DNA from: Curvularia clavata
Lineage: Eukaryota
Assembly: GCA_023920165.1 (NCBI GenBank)
Contig: CP089274.1
Coordinates: 5,642,001-5,706,000, forward strand
Reading direction: 5' to 3'
DNA: 64,000 nucleotides
Under the pieces are notes generated by a model. The model searched no databases and was not told the origin of the DNA. It saw only the letters and a program-made list of their open reading frames with translations. Position 1 is the stretch's first letter. Each line of letters starts with the position of its first letter. This document shows, piece after piece, positions 12,859 to 25,024 of this stretch. Position numbers and translations under genes: made by a program.

Positions 12859-12877
12859 TCGGCCTAGAATGCTCCGC
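12859..12877. promoter_or_regulatory. Candidate Zn2Cys6 site TCGG-N11-CCG upstream of the PuuE-like gene
   Basis: tcggcctagaatgctccgc, ~300 bp upstream of the ATG, flanked by GATA motifs. Confidence 0.45.
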
Positions 12878-13161
12878 AAGTACAACGTTGCTCCGGAAGA
12901 GGGGTGCTAGGCTACCCAGGGTAGACCAATCTGGGGCCGCTGATAAGGTATGGGCTTTTGTGGGGCGACGCTGCAACCTACCAAAATAGGAATTTCAAGA
13001 GATTCGGCAAATACCATTTTCCCTGTATTACTAACGAATATTAAATTTTGTATGTACAGCGTCAATCCTACACGGATCCGGCAAATTGCCTCGGGGCGAA
13101 GCCCTATCGTCCTCGATCGAGTCTGTAGTGGTGACCGATCGAGGACACAGTGTTCTTCATA

Positions 13162-15097
13162 CTCGTCCCACTGCATGGGACTAGGCCCAATGCAGCAGTA
13201 CTAAGTGTCCCACTTAGTCCTGTACAGCTCAACGCAAATCCCTAGCTTAACGCAAAAATTACAAAATAATAGCACCTAGGATTGATTTATTCAGCAATTT
13301 TGTAAAATATAGTATCTACGACTTAAAACTCTCGTAGGTGTAGTTACAGAATATTATCTGTGAGGGCTAAGAGGGCCCCGCGCGCGACAACTGAGACTTA
13401 GTTCGATCTATAGTATTCTTCCTAGCTAATCGCTGAGCTGCTTTAAACGCCCTCAACGTCTCAGCTTTCGCCCTTTAGTCTACTTTTGATCGCGCTTCTC
13501 GCGCAGTCAAGATCCCTCCCTTCTATACTTGTCTTGTTGATGGAGTTTGACGAGCTGCACGCGCGCGCGCAGCTGCTGTCATTATTGATAGTTCTTACTC
13601 TACTAGAGCCTGCGCGTGCCCACTAATAATAGAAGCTTTTGTAAGCTTTAAAACACGCTTAATTATAATTGTACCATCCTTACACTATTCTCTCGTCTTA
13701 ATTATAAACTTAACAAATATTCTAGGTGTTGTTGGCGTAGGTATTGAGACAAGCGAGCTTTATAGAGGTGTTTCATCTCGAGGAGGGTGATAGATCTTAT
13801 ATAGCACTCTCTCTGGGTCCTAGGGCCAGATTCCTGCCAGCTCCCAGGCTATACGGATTGTCAATTATTTGAAGGCTTGTTATCGTACGCGATGTAGCCC
13901 GTTCAGAAATTCAACTTTATTATAGTCAACACAGCCTTCCCGCGTCGCTATTTCGACAGCGTTTTAATGGAGCTTTTTATATAATTGAAATACAGCGACG
14001 TCGAGAGGCTGTAGATTGTGAGAAGTATAAGGCGGTAGCGTGAAACACACAATACTCTGCGCGTCGCAGTAATCAAGGAATTCCTTTGTGCAGTGTGAAC
14101 CAAATCCATTAAATATTAGCAACCTCCACAAGCCTATTTGGCGACGCCTGCTCCAGCTGTCGAAGTGCTCTAGCCAGTCTAGTGAGAGCTCGTCGTTATT
14201 GTATCCAGTTTCACTAACTGTTACGGCGTAGGAAGCAGGTAGTGAGGTGTTTTTATACTACTTTTCTAGGTGCGCGCTTCCCTTGAGGACTAGGAAAGGT
14301 AGTAGGACTACTCTATCGCCGGAAATTGTCTCAATTGCTATATAGAAGTCTCGATTTGTATCACTACCTGATTATATAGCGTTAATACCTGTCGTAATAA
14401 CCCACTGGCTGCCACCAACGCCTAAACGGAAGCCTGTTTTATCCATATTGTAGGTGTCGCCTTGCTGGATCGCGTAGTCGTCAATAACACGTTTAAGACG
14501 CTTGAAATAAGCTTCGTAGTTACCTACTGTATTAGCAGCCACACAATTAAACTCCTGCTTCTTCTGCTTCTTTCTTCGATAGTCAGGGTTGTCTCTTAGC
14601 CATCGCGAAATCCAGTTGCGGCCTAGGCGTGGGGCCTTCCCTAACAGATCTTCCATATCTAAGATACGCTGCGCAGCGCCAATAACTTAAGGAATAAGGG
14701 CAGGCATCTCTAAACGATTGCAGCGTCGTATATAAGTCTTTAAAGCTTCGTCCTACACTAAATTAAGCCTTCGATTTACCCTAGGGCGGTCCATCTTACT
14801 CTGTCGCCCACAGGAACGCGCGTACAGTCGATTGTACGGAACATTATATTGACGCGCTGCTTTAGCCACTAATGCGATCTCTCCATTGCCGAGGGCGTCA
14901 AGAGTATCTTTAATGCGATCTTTAATATCAAGCACGTTACCGTATCGAAAGGCCATTATATTGACGTGATTTAGCGTTTTTAGAAGGTGGGCAGGTAATG
15001 GTTTTGCATTGAGCTAGGGATTTGCGTTGAGCTGTACAGGACTAAGTGGGACACTTAGTACTGCTGCATTGGGCCTAGTCCCATGCAGTGGGACGAG
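13162..15097 (-). mobile_element. Tc1/mariner-pogo (Fot1-like) DNA transposon, RIP-inactivated, 96-bp composite inverted ends, TA target duplication
   Basis: Inverted repeats 13162-13257 and 15002-15097 (outer 86 bp perfect); TA at 13160-61 and 15098-99. Broken transposase from ATG 14956: HTH region, YNMDKTGF (DETGF with G>A), LLIFNGFGSH, LPPYTSHNLQPLDVAVF; many TAA/TAG stops. Confidence 0.93.
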
Positions 15098-15327
15098 TAC
15101 CAGGATAACAATCCTACGATATCCTGCTCTCCAAAAAGTCCACTATAACGAATTCATGCGTTCAGAGCGTCTGTTTCGACGTTGGGGGTACGTCATGTTA
15201 AGATTGCCCCAGGATAATCCCTGAGCTTCTGAGTGATACTATCACGAGACTATACATGTGTAGTATGCAGGCTGTTTTAAACAATATGCTAGAATACATG
15301 TTTCAAACTGCGAAGACTCCTAGAAAT

Positions 15328-17269
15328 TTACAATGAGTTGCTTTTACACTTATCGTGTTCGCCTATGCTCGCCTCCTTCTCATCCGGGGTCTCTACCTCA
15401 ATCTCAACATCCTGACCATGGATGGACTGGTGCCCATGAAAATCTCCATCCCTGCTCCCAGATACCGCCTGTTCCTCATCAAGTTTCTTTGGTGCTTTAA
15501 GACTCGTGTTTCCTACCCAGAATGTCAGAAATAGGCTCAGGCCTGAGCATGCTGTGAAGAAGATGAATATGTAATGCAACCCCAGCATGTAAACGTTGAA
15601 AATGACTTCTTGCTGCTCTTTTGTGAGGTCGAATTGATCAAGATCGTAAGTTGAAGAAGTCAACTGGCTCATTAGGCTTGCTGATACGAATCGCCGTCGT
15701 GACAAGTCTTGGCTTAGCGTGTTCGACAGGATGACTCCAGAGATGACCAGACCAAATGCTCCGCCAATAGTGCGAATGAAGTTGCGCAATCCAGTTGTCA
15801 CAGCGCGGTCCTCGCTCCGGCCATTTGCGTACAAGCCCACGAGTGTAGGCTGAAGCGTGAGGCCAATGCCAGCACCTTCCACAATGAGTGCAACGATAAG
15901 CACTGCGAGGCTAGTGTTTCGATCAAAAAGCAGAGTGAGCCCGTTCCCCAGAGTCCAAAGAGAAAATCCGGCCACAATACAATGAAAATAGCTGCCAACC
16001 CGGTTCATGTACTGGCCAGAGGCGATTGATGCAAAAGAGGAAGTGATGACGACCGGCAGGATCAATGCACCAGAGACCAGGGGCGAGTACCGTCGGACTG
16101 ACTGAAAATAAATGGGAAGGTAGAAGAAATTCCCGAAATACGCGAGTCCTATGAGAAAGGTTTGCAAGTAAAGTGCCCAACAATGAGGAGCGCGGTAGAG
16201 GCGGAGCGGCATGATGGGAAGTTTCACGAGCTTCCATTCATAGAGCACAAATAGGAGCCCTAGTACTGCGCCAGTAACAATGCATGCAACAAAGAACGCA
16301 GAGTTCCAGGCATAGGTGACACCGCCCCCGGACAAAGGTATGAGCAAGAGGAGCGTAGAGGCGACGTTGAGCACCATGCCGCCATAGTCGATTTTTTTCA
16401 TCTTTTCGAGGTGGTCGCCAGATCGATGCTTCAACGGCAAGAAAAATAAGATGACCATGGATGTTGGTATTGCTAGGATGGGAATCATCCAAAATACCCA
16501 CCTCCATGTGGCTCCTTGGACAACAGCACCCCCAAGGAAAGGACCGGCACCATTGCCTAGAGCAATCACTGCACCCAGCCAACCTGAAGGTAAAGATTTA
16601 GTAGGGCATGATGTTTTGGATTCGACGTATGCTCATACCTTGATATTTTCCACGATTCTGCAAGGTGGTAATGTCACTCACAATGATCATGACCAAACTG
16701 TTGATTCCGCCGCCGCCAATGCCTGCAATGGCACGCAATACGAATAGCTGCACGGAAGATTGAGCAAAACCACAGCCGAGATCCCCCAGCGCCATGAGCG
16801 TGAGACTGATGAGCAGTAGATTCTTGCGGCCGAATATATCGGAGAGCCGGCCGTTGATGAGTTGGAACGCCGTTGAAGCTATTAGAAACGATGTGCCGAT
16901 CCACGAGGTCGCAGTTCCGGTGCTGAGATCAACAGCAATTGCGGGAGTCGCTGTTGAAACGCTGGTCTGGTCGATGAAGGAAACAAAAAGGCAAACAGAA
17001 AGCGCGGGAATTGCGATTCTGAGTTGTGTAGAGGTCATAGTATTTCTTTGACCGCCCACGGATGCCGCGTCGCTCTCTTCGTCGGAATCTTGCTCAGGTA
17101 TGGATGTTGAAGATCCATTATGATGATTTGGTTCAGGCGCTATTGGGTAGGATGTGTTGCTCAATGTAACTTTCGTTTTGTCTGGAATGTCGTCATGGCG
17201 AGGGTCTTCTGGTTGCGGGCCATGTGCCGAGTTTGTATCGTCGGGGTCGACCTGCTGTTCGTTCTTCAT
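15328..17269 (-). CDS. MFS drug:H+ antiporter (DHA2-type, ~14 TM); 1 intron (16584-16638)
   Basis: FVSFIDQTSVSTA, GRLSDIFGRK, RAIAGIGGGG, SDITTLQNRGKYQG, GPFLGG, WRWVFW, RNFIRTIGGAFG. Confidence 0.9.
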
Positions 17270-17970
17270 TGTACGCGGGTCGTTTTCGGACTTGTTGTAC
17301 GTTGGCAAAACATGTCAATACACGGAAAAAATCGCGTATGAATAGGAAAGGGTGGCTCCCAAGATGGTGGTTAGCCTTCACGTAGAAACAAACATGGGCT
17401 TCGGAAGCCTCCCGTGCGGAACGACCCTTTTCCATGACACAGCATGCTTGGTACTATGTGCTTTTCAGGAAATGGTCCGCAGCCGAGTATATTACAGCCG
17501 AAGAGAAACATGCAGCCGTGAGGATTCTTACATGCTGGGATTTCGTAAGTATATGGTGGGGAAGAGCGTCTCCGATAGCAGGGTGGGTGGGGTCGTAGTA
17601 GCGTGGCTGTAGCCATGCTTTCGGCACGTTCTGAGCCGATGCGTGCTGGACCCACATGCCAACGTTTATCGTCATCGTGGAGCCGAGATGCGAAAAGCAC
17701 ATCTTAACTCGATAGAGATCACGCCGAGTTTTCGGCATCGTGGCCAGGTTTGGGACGTGCCAGACACGACTTTGGGCGTTGTCTGCCGAGATGACCCCAG
17801 CGATCGATTGAATTGGAGAGCTTTTCTTAGTAATTGCGATAAAACGTTTTACTGACCATAGTGATAGGTGGGCTTGCCTGATGGAAACAGAGTCATATAA
17901 CGGAGCTGCACGCTCGCAACAAAACAAATAATTTGTTTACTGCATAGTCGTGCCATTAGCAAAGATAACT

Positions 17971-19140
17971 ATGTCGCGCCTTTTCCAACCATTAACAGTA
18001 GGGCCAGTGAGGCTGGAGCATCGCATAGCAATGGCCCCACTAACTCGGTACCGTATGGACGACGATCACAAAGCGACACCGCTCAACAAAGGTAGGGTGC
18101 AGGTTATTAGCATGCCTTGTGAGAAGGAACAATGCTGACGAGATCTCGCAGAATACTATGAGCAAAGAGCATGCGTGCCAGGAACACTCATAGTCAGCGA
18201 AGCCACCATTGTCTCGAGAAATGCCATTGGTTGTCGCAATGCACCTGGCATCTGGTCTGAGGCTCAAATTCTTGCCTGGAAAGAAATCACCGACGCAGTG
18301 CATGCGAAGGGCTGCACGATATATTGCCAGCTTTGGCATCAAGGGCGTACTGCCAATCCTCAGGTTGTTAAAGAAGAGGGTCTGACAATGGTTTCTTCGA
18401 GCGCTGTTCCAGTCAGTCCCGAGAGCCAGACGCCAGAGGCAATGACTGAGGAGATGATCTGGACGACAATAGGGGAGTACGCGACAGCAGCAAAGAATGC
18501 CATTGCTGCAGGTTTTGACGGCGTCGAGATCCACGGAGCGAATGGTTATCTGCCCGACCAGTTCCTACAGTCAACATGCAATCAACGGACTGATGCCTGG
18601 GGAGGAAGCATCGAAAAGCGAGCACAGTTCCATGTGGAGGTGACCAAGGCAGTAGCTGCTGCGGTTGGTGCCGAGAGAACGGCCATGCGTCTCAGTCCGT
18701 ACAGCGACTTCAATGGTATGCTCGAAGACGAACCTGAACCAACATTCAGCTATGTCTTGGAACAGCTGAAGCCACTGGGTCTCGCATATCTCCATCTCAT
18801 CGAGGCTCGCATTACGGGTAACGACAACTCTGATTGCGGAGGACAAAAGACTGTAGGCTGGATGATTGAGCAGTGGAACAATGCCACGCCTGTAATGCTG
18901 GCGGGCGGGTTTCTGCCAGACTCAGCGAAGCATGCAGTCGATGAGACATATAGAGACTACGATGTCATTATTGCGTTTGGGCGATACTTTGTAGCCAACC
19001 CGGACCTGGTGTTCCGCGTCAAGGAGAGCGTGCCATTGACCAAGTACGATCGCAGCGTCTTTTACACCCCCAAGACGCCTGTTGGCTATGTCGACTACCC
19101 TCATAGCCAACAGTACCTTAAGGCAACGGCCAAGGTGTAG
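17971..19140 (+). CDS. Old yellow enzyme / NADH:flavin oxidoreductase; 1 intron (~18092-18151)
   Basis: LFQPLTVG, HRIAMAPLTRYR, QLWHQGR, AGFDGVEIHGANGYL, NQRTDAWGGS, FGRYFVANPDL. Confidence 0.93.
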
Positions 19141-19390
19141 AGTAGATGGTTAGTAATGTATATGATGTTCAGAATGACGAGATGACTGGCGTGATGTTGG
19201 GATGTCAAGGACAAGGGATGCGGCAGTACCCCGCCAAAGCTGCGACCTAGCTAGCGGCGCCCTGCATCAGCTCCCCGCTGCCTGGGCCCATGAATCGACG
19301 ACGACTGCTTGCAGCTTCGCCCTGGACTGTACAGCAGTTATTCCAAACCTCCCTCACACCCCATACCATCCAGCCATAGCCATATTCACC

Positions 19391-21618
19391 ATGTCCACGT
19401 CCATAGAGGCCGAGACGCTCAAGCAGTACCTAGCCGACAGCCCGCCTACAATTGTGCCGCTGGCCATCAAGCCCCACTTCGAGGCATTGAGTGACAAGGA
19501 GAAGCTCTACGCCCACCACCTCTCCGTGTAAGATAGCCCTCGGAGACGTATCCAATCCTCCCATGGCTGGTCAACTAACGTGTATCGTAGTGCCTGCTTT
19601 GCCGGAACGCGAATCGTCCTCCGTCAAGTCTCGCCCGAGTCGGAACACATCTATGATTTCATCGTCGCCCTGCACAAACACGCAAAGGGCGACTACGCCG
19701 CTCTCGCCAAGGATGCAGGTCTCTCTCAGGAGGATATGGATGCCTACCTTGACTACTCGGCTCAGTTCCTTGGCAATCTGGGCAACTACAAATCCTTTGG
19801 CGACTCTAAATTCGTGCCCCGACTCCCACCTCGCCAGCTCAAGGCTCTCGCCACCGTTTCCAAAGACGCACTCGCCATATACGAAAAGTTCTGCGACTCA
19901 ATATACGCGGGGGATGATGTTGCCAAGCTGCATCTAGGCTACCCGGGTGCAGGCCACATTTCCACATACTACCCCGACAGTCCCAATATCACCAACGAGG
20001 AGATAGCCAGGGTCAGCGACTTCCTCGAAGGCAAGGGCCTGCTCCCAGAGAACACTAGAGTCAAGAAGGCGGGCAATGGCTTTCAAGTCCTCATTGCTTC
20101 GGCGTTGGACAACCCGCCGGTGGACCAGCGCGATTTGAAGGAAAGTGAGTGGACAATGGAAGACGGAGCCAAGGTCCAGCTCGTCTTCGGCGATTATTCA
20201 AAGGAAATGGACACCATCGCCCATCACATCGAGCAGGCAAAGAAATATGCAGCCAACGAGCACCAAGTACAGATGATGGACGAGTACTCAAAGAGCTTCC
20301 GTAGTGGCTCGTTGCAAGCCTTCAAGAAGAGCCAGATGGCCTGGGTGCAGGACAAGGGCCCGCAGGTCGAATCAGACATTGGCTTCATAGAAACGTATCG
20401 CGATCCCCACGGTATCCGTGGAGAGTGGGAAGGATTTGTTGCCATGGTTAATAAGGAGCGCACACGCGCATTCGGAAAGCTAGTAGAGACTGCGCCTCAA
20501 TACATCCCTCTGTTGCCATGGAACAAAGCGTTTGAGAAAGACAAGTTCTTGAGCCCAGACTTCACCTCGCTTGAGGTGTTGACATTTGCTGGTAGCGGGT
20601 AAATCTTAGACTCATTCCATGCGGCTCCCCGATTTACTGACGCGACAACAGGATCCCTGCTGGCATCAACATCCCCAATTACGACGACATTCGGCAAAAC
20701 TTCGGTTTCAAGAACGTGTCGCTGGGGAACATTCTATCGGCCAAAGCACCAAACGAGCAGGTTCCTTTCATCAAGGAGCGTGATCTAGAGACCTACCAGA
20801 AGTACCGTGATCCGGCTTTTGAAGTTCAGGTTGGACTGCACGAGCTGCTCGGTCATGGCTGTGGCAAACTACTGCAGGAGACAGAACCAGGTGTCTTCAA
20901 CTTTGACAAGGAGAATCCACCCATTTCGCCACTCAGCGGCCAGCCGATCAAAACCTGGTACAAGCCCGGCCAAACTTGGGGCTCTACCTTTGGCGCCATC
21001 GCTGCCTCGTACGAAGAATGCCGTGCCGAGTGTGTCGCCATGGCGCTATCTTGCGAATTTCCTATACTCCAACTGTTTGGCTTTGGCGACGGCAAGGTCG
21101 ATATGAACAGTGAGGCCGGTGATGTCTTGTATACGGCATATCTCCAGATGGCACGCGCTGGTGTTGCTGCCCTCGAGTTCTGGGACCCCAAGAGCAGAAA
21201 GTGGGGACAAGCTCATATGCAGGCGCGCTTCTCTATCCTGCGGACTTTCCTCAATGCTGGTGTTGAGTTCTGCCAATTAGAGTGGGAGAAGGATGATCTC
21301 TCGGACCTCACGATTCGCCTTGAACGCGACCGCATTCTTGACCTTGGCCGGCCAGCAGTGGATGACTACCTTCAGAAGCTGCACATCTACAAGGCCACTG
21401 CGGACGTAGATGCTGCCAAGCGCATGTACGATGAGATCACAACCGTGGAACCCTTTTATGAGAATAAGGTCAGACCAGCTGTGTTGAAGAAGAAGACGCC
21501 TCGGAAGGTGTTTGTGCAAGCAAACACAGTGGAGAAAGACGGCAAGGTGGAACTTGTCGAGTATGAGGCGACCAACAAGGGCATGATTCAAAGCTGTGCG
21601 GATAGGGATTATGTCTGA
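19391..21618 (+). CDS. DPP3: Dipeptidyl peptidase III (peptidase M49); 2 introns
   Basis: HELLGHG zinc motif, YEECRAE, GFIETYRDP, SGIPAGINIPNY, WGQAHMQAR. Confidence 0.95.
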
Positions 21619-22586
21619 GTACGCGGTATTCCGCGTCCCACTTATCCACGTGACGAGCACTTGAGATTGGTCAAACAATGATTATGAATGTACAAACAAA
21701 TAAAGAGAATACTAGCATGTTGGACTGATTGCTTCCATGTGACGTATTCTTCGCATGGCCTGTATTTTTCCGAACCGCGGATGCATATCAATGCCAAGAC
21801 ATGCTTAGGACTGTTTGAAGCAGGTACCTCGGACTCGGCACTTGGCGTCCGGCACTAAACAAAGTGCGGAGACGAATGGTCGCAGCAGGGCGTCCCACAT
21901 TCATCCTGCAATGACAGTGCGGGAACCCACAGTATTCTTCCACCGCTCAAGAACGACTTTGTTATGAAGCCTGATCAACTGACCGCCTCCATCCGCAGAT
22001 GACTAAAAGGCAAGGAGAGAAAAAATCAACATACGATACACATATGGTCGAACACGCACATACGCATCCCCCAACATATGTACTACTATCCTTGCATGTC
22101 AACACAAGTCTGGAGGATATGGCCGCGGAGACTGTTTTTGTGCCTCAACTACATTACAGTAGGCAGGCTGAGAATAAGGCTCAGGAGCGGACCATGCCAA
22201 GAGTGCGTAGGCACCTCTTGTTGAAACACTCATAGTGGCGTTTGCGACTATGTTCTTCGCTTTTCCGCAGTGAGTTAGTATGCCGACCCTCCTTTAGAAT
22301 GTTCTTATCTCTACGATTCGTTCATTTCTCCATCCTGGTAGTGGAAAAACTTGTGCCAACTTGCGAAGCCTTCCACTGTGTCTACATAAATCGAGATTGC
22401 AGCGGAGATGGACTTCGGAACAATTTGCCAGAAGCGCTCCACCGAGTCAGTACTGAGGCTCCCTGCTAATGGTTAAAGAGGCTTTCATTCTTTGCTATCA
22501 TTCATTTCACTCCAATAGCCTCTTCTACGCACCTTGCTTACATTGCAATTGGGAAAACAATCTACAGTTGCAGACTTGAAACAACC

Positions 22587-23796
22587 ATGAAGTTCTCCCT
22601 TGTTGCACTCGCTACTGCCTATACTGCCAATGCTGCGGCCGTTGGGGAGCGAGCCGCATACGCTGTCAAGGGCACACCTGAAGGGTTTGGCAAAGGCACC
22701 ACCGGAGGTGGCAATGCAGCATGCGCAATCCCTTCCTCTGTCGCTCAACTCAAGACTTGGCTTACCGACAGCACCGCCAGATGCATTGTCTTGGACCGCG
22801 AGTTCAATTTCAAGGGCACAGAAGGTACCACTACTGCGACAGGCTGCCGTCCCGCATCCAACAAATGTCCTGGCAATGGAGGCCAGGACGCCATCAACAG
22901 TGCTAACTGGTGCACCAACGGCAATGCTGGGGCTGGAGCTACAAGCATTCAAGTCAAATACGACAATGCTGGAACTTCCCCTATCAACCTGGGGTCCAAC
23001 AAGTCCATCATCGGTGTTGGCAACCAAGGCGTTATTCGTGGGAAGGGTCTCCGCATCGCGAATGGAGCAAAGAACATCATCATTCAAAACATTCACATCA
23101 CTGACCTCAATCCCCAATACATCTGGGGTGGTGATGCTATCACCCTTGATGGCGCAGATCTCGTGTGGGTTGGTGCGTATCATCCATTGTCTCTTTAAAA
23201 TTCCTATTCTCACGAGTACAACAGACCACTGCAAGATCTCCCTCATTGGCCGTCAAATGTTCGTAGCAGGATATGGCGCCTCAAACAGGGTAACCGTCTC
23301 CAATACTGAATTCGATGGATCGACCTCTTGGTCCGCGACTTGCAACGGTCGTCACTACTGGACCATACTCCTTCTCGGCTCCTCTGACCTCATCACGCTC
23401 AAGGGCAACTACATCCACCACACTTCTGGCCGCAGCCCCAAAGTCGGCGGTAACACACTCTTGCACGCGGTCAACAACTACTTTTACAGCAACACAGGTC
23501 ACGCATTTGACAACGAGTCTGGAGGCAAAGTTGTTGCTGAAGGAAACGTGTTCCAGAATGTTGCTACGCCGCTGCTTGCCAATACGGGTCAATTCTTTGC
23601 TTCGCCGTCTACTAGCGCAAACACTGCTTGCAATCAATACCTGGGACACACTTGCCAGCTGAACGCTTTCGGCAGCAGTGGCTCGCTTCCTGGATCAGAC
23701 ACGTCTTTCTTTGTCAACTTTAACGGCAAAAATGTCGCTGGCGCATCGGCGGCGAGCTCGAGCATCAGCAACACTGCAGGTGTTGGCAAGATTTAG
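22587..23796 (+). CDS. Secreted pectin lyase (polysaccharide lyase family 1); 1 intron (~23173-23225)
   Basis: Signal peptide MKFSLVALATAYTANA, GFGKGTTGGG, NKSIIG, NIIIQNI, WGGDAITL, spliced VWV|DH, TSGRSPKV. Confidence 0.93.
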
Positions 23797-23945
23797 GGGA
23801 TCATGCTAGCGAGTATTGGGGGCGGGAGGAAGACGACGCGATGCGAAATGCTTCCAAGCTTATGATTGTAGCAGCATGACTCTCTTTATTTTTCTTTGTA
23901 AATACTTCATTGCCCTGAACCATGTTGAATATTCCGTCAGGAAAC

Positions 23946-24779
23946 TCAGGTTGCACCAAACACTTCTTGAAAGATAGCCAAATTTCTTTGTCCTTGTGGG
24001 CCTTCTGCGTAGATGGCAAATGTCACAACCTCAAACCATCCAGTAAACTCGTCTTTCTCGAGTGCTCGCTTCATCTCTTGTGCGACCACCCTTGGCGGAC
24101 ATCCATACGCTCCGCAACCCATTGCGCCAAGCACCAGCCTCGTAACCCGGTGCTCAGCAGCCATTCTTAACACCAACAAAATTTTCTCTCTGAGGTCCTC
24201 TAATATAGACGCATCGGCAAACTCGCTTCCATTCTCCGACAATGCGGGATACCGAGGTGCCGCAACAGTCATCACAGCGACTGTATATCTGTCTTGTGGC
24301 GCCAACTCGACGAGATCCTGGTCCAGTGGAGCCCTATGCACAACGACACCAGGTGACATGATGCCACAGCAAGATCCCGGGCCGGTGTTGGGCCATGGGT
24401 ACCACTCTGGCTTCAATGTGGCAAAGAGAGTGGACGAGTAGCACAGGGCTTCTTCTTGTGTGCGCGAGAGAGAGTAGCCCCATCCGCCACCTGGTTCTTC
24501 GTCAGATGCCAGGTTGAGTACGCCGATCTTGCTGTTGACAGGCTGGGCTGGAGAGGAGTCCCAGAGCCGTCGTGCCAGTGCGAAGGCATCACTGTTGTGA
24601 ATTTCGATGGGCTTTTGCAAGGTCAAGTCGGGGTATATAGGTGATGACTTGGATAGAGGGGGGAGTTGGTGTGGAATAAGAAAGCTATCGAGTGAACCAC
24701 CTGGAGTAGATGATGCGATCTCGGGAGAACGTCGAATGGTGTCCTTGCAGACCTTGCGCCGGCCTTCGAGATTAATCAT
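23946..24779 (-). CDS. Microbial-type poly(ADP-ribose) glycohydrolase (DUF2263/TIGR02452 macrodomain)
   Basis: VLNLAS..PGGGW-x7-QEEALC catalytic loop, TVAAP, LVLGAMGCGAYGCPP, FEVVTFAI; intronless. Confidence 0.85.
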   Translation of the reverse strand: MINLEGRRKVCKDTIRRSPEIASSTPGGSLDSFLIPHQLPPLSKSSPIYPDLTLQKPIEIHNSDAFALARRLWDSSPAQPVNSKIGVLNLASDEEPGGGWGYSLSRTQEEALCYSSTLFATLKPEWYPWPNTGPGSCCGIMSPGVVVHRAPLDQDLVELAPQDRYTVAVMTVAAPRYPALSENGSEFADASILEDLREKILLVLRMAAEHRVTRLVLGAMGCGAYGCPPRVVAQEMKRALEKDEFTGWFEVVTFAIYAEGPQGQRNLAIFQEVFGAT

Positions 24780-25024
24780 GTCGTTGGATAGTTCTTGTTT
24801 ACTACGTACATTGTCGGGGCCAGATGTGTTTATAGGTCACAGCGTGCTTGGGTGCTGCCTGGCTTGCCAAGCCCCACCACAACTATTTGCACCTCATCAT
24901 AGTACCTTAAATGAGGCAACGTTTCAGGACCGGAGCCGCGAACTGAAACGTTGACCTTTGGCATCCAAACGTGCCTGTTCAGTTATAGAATATATTTCCG
25001 TATGATTTAATCCTAATACTACTC

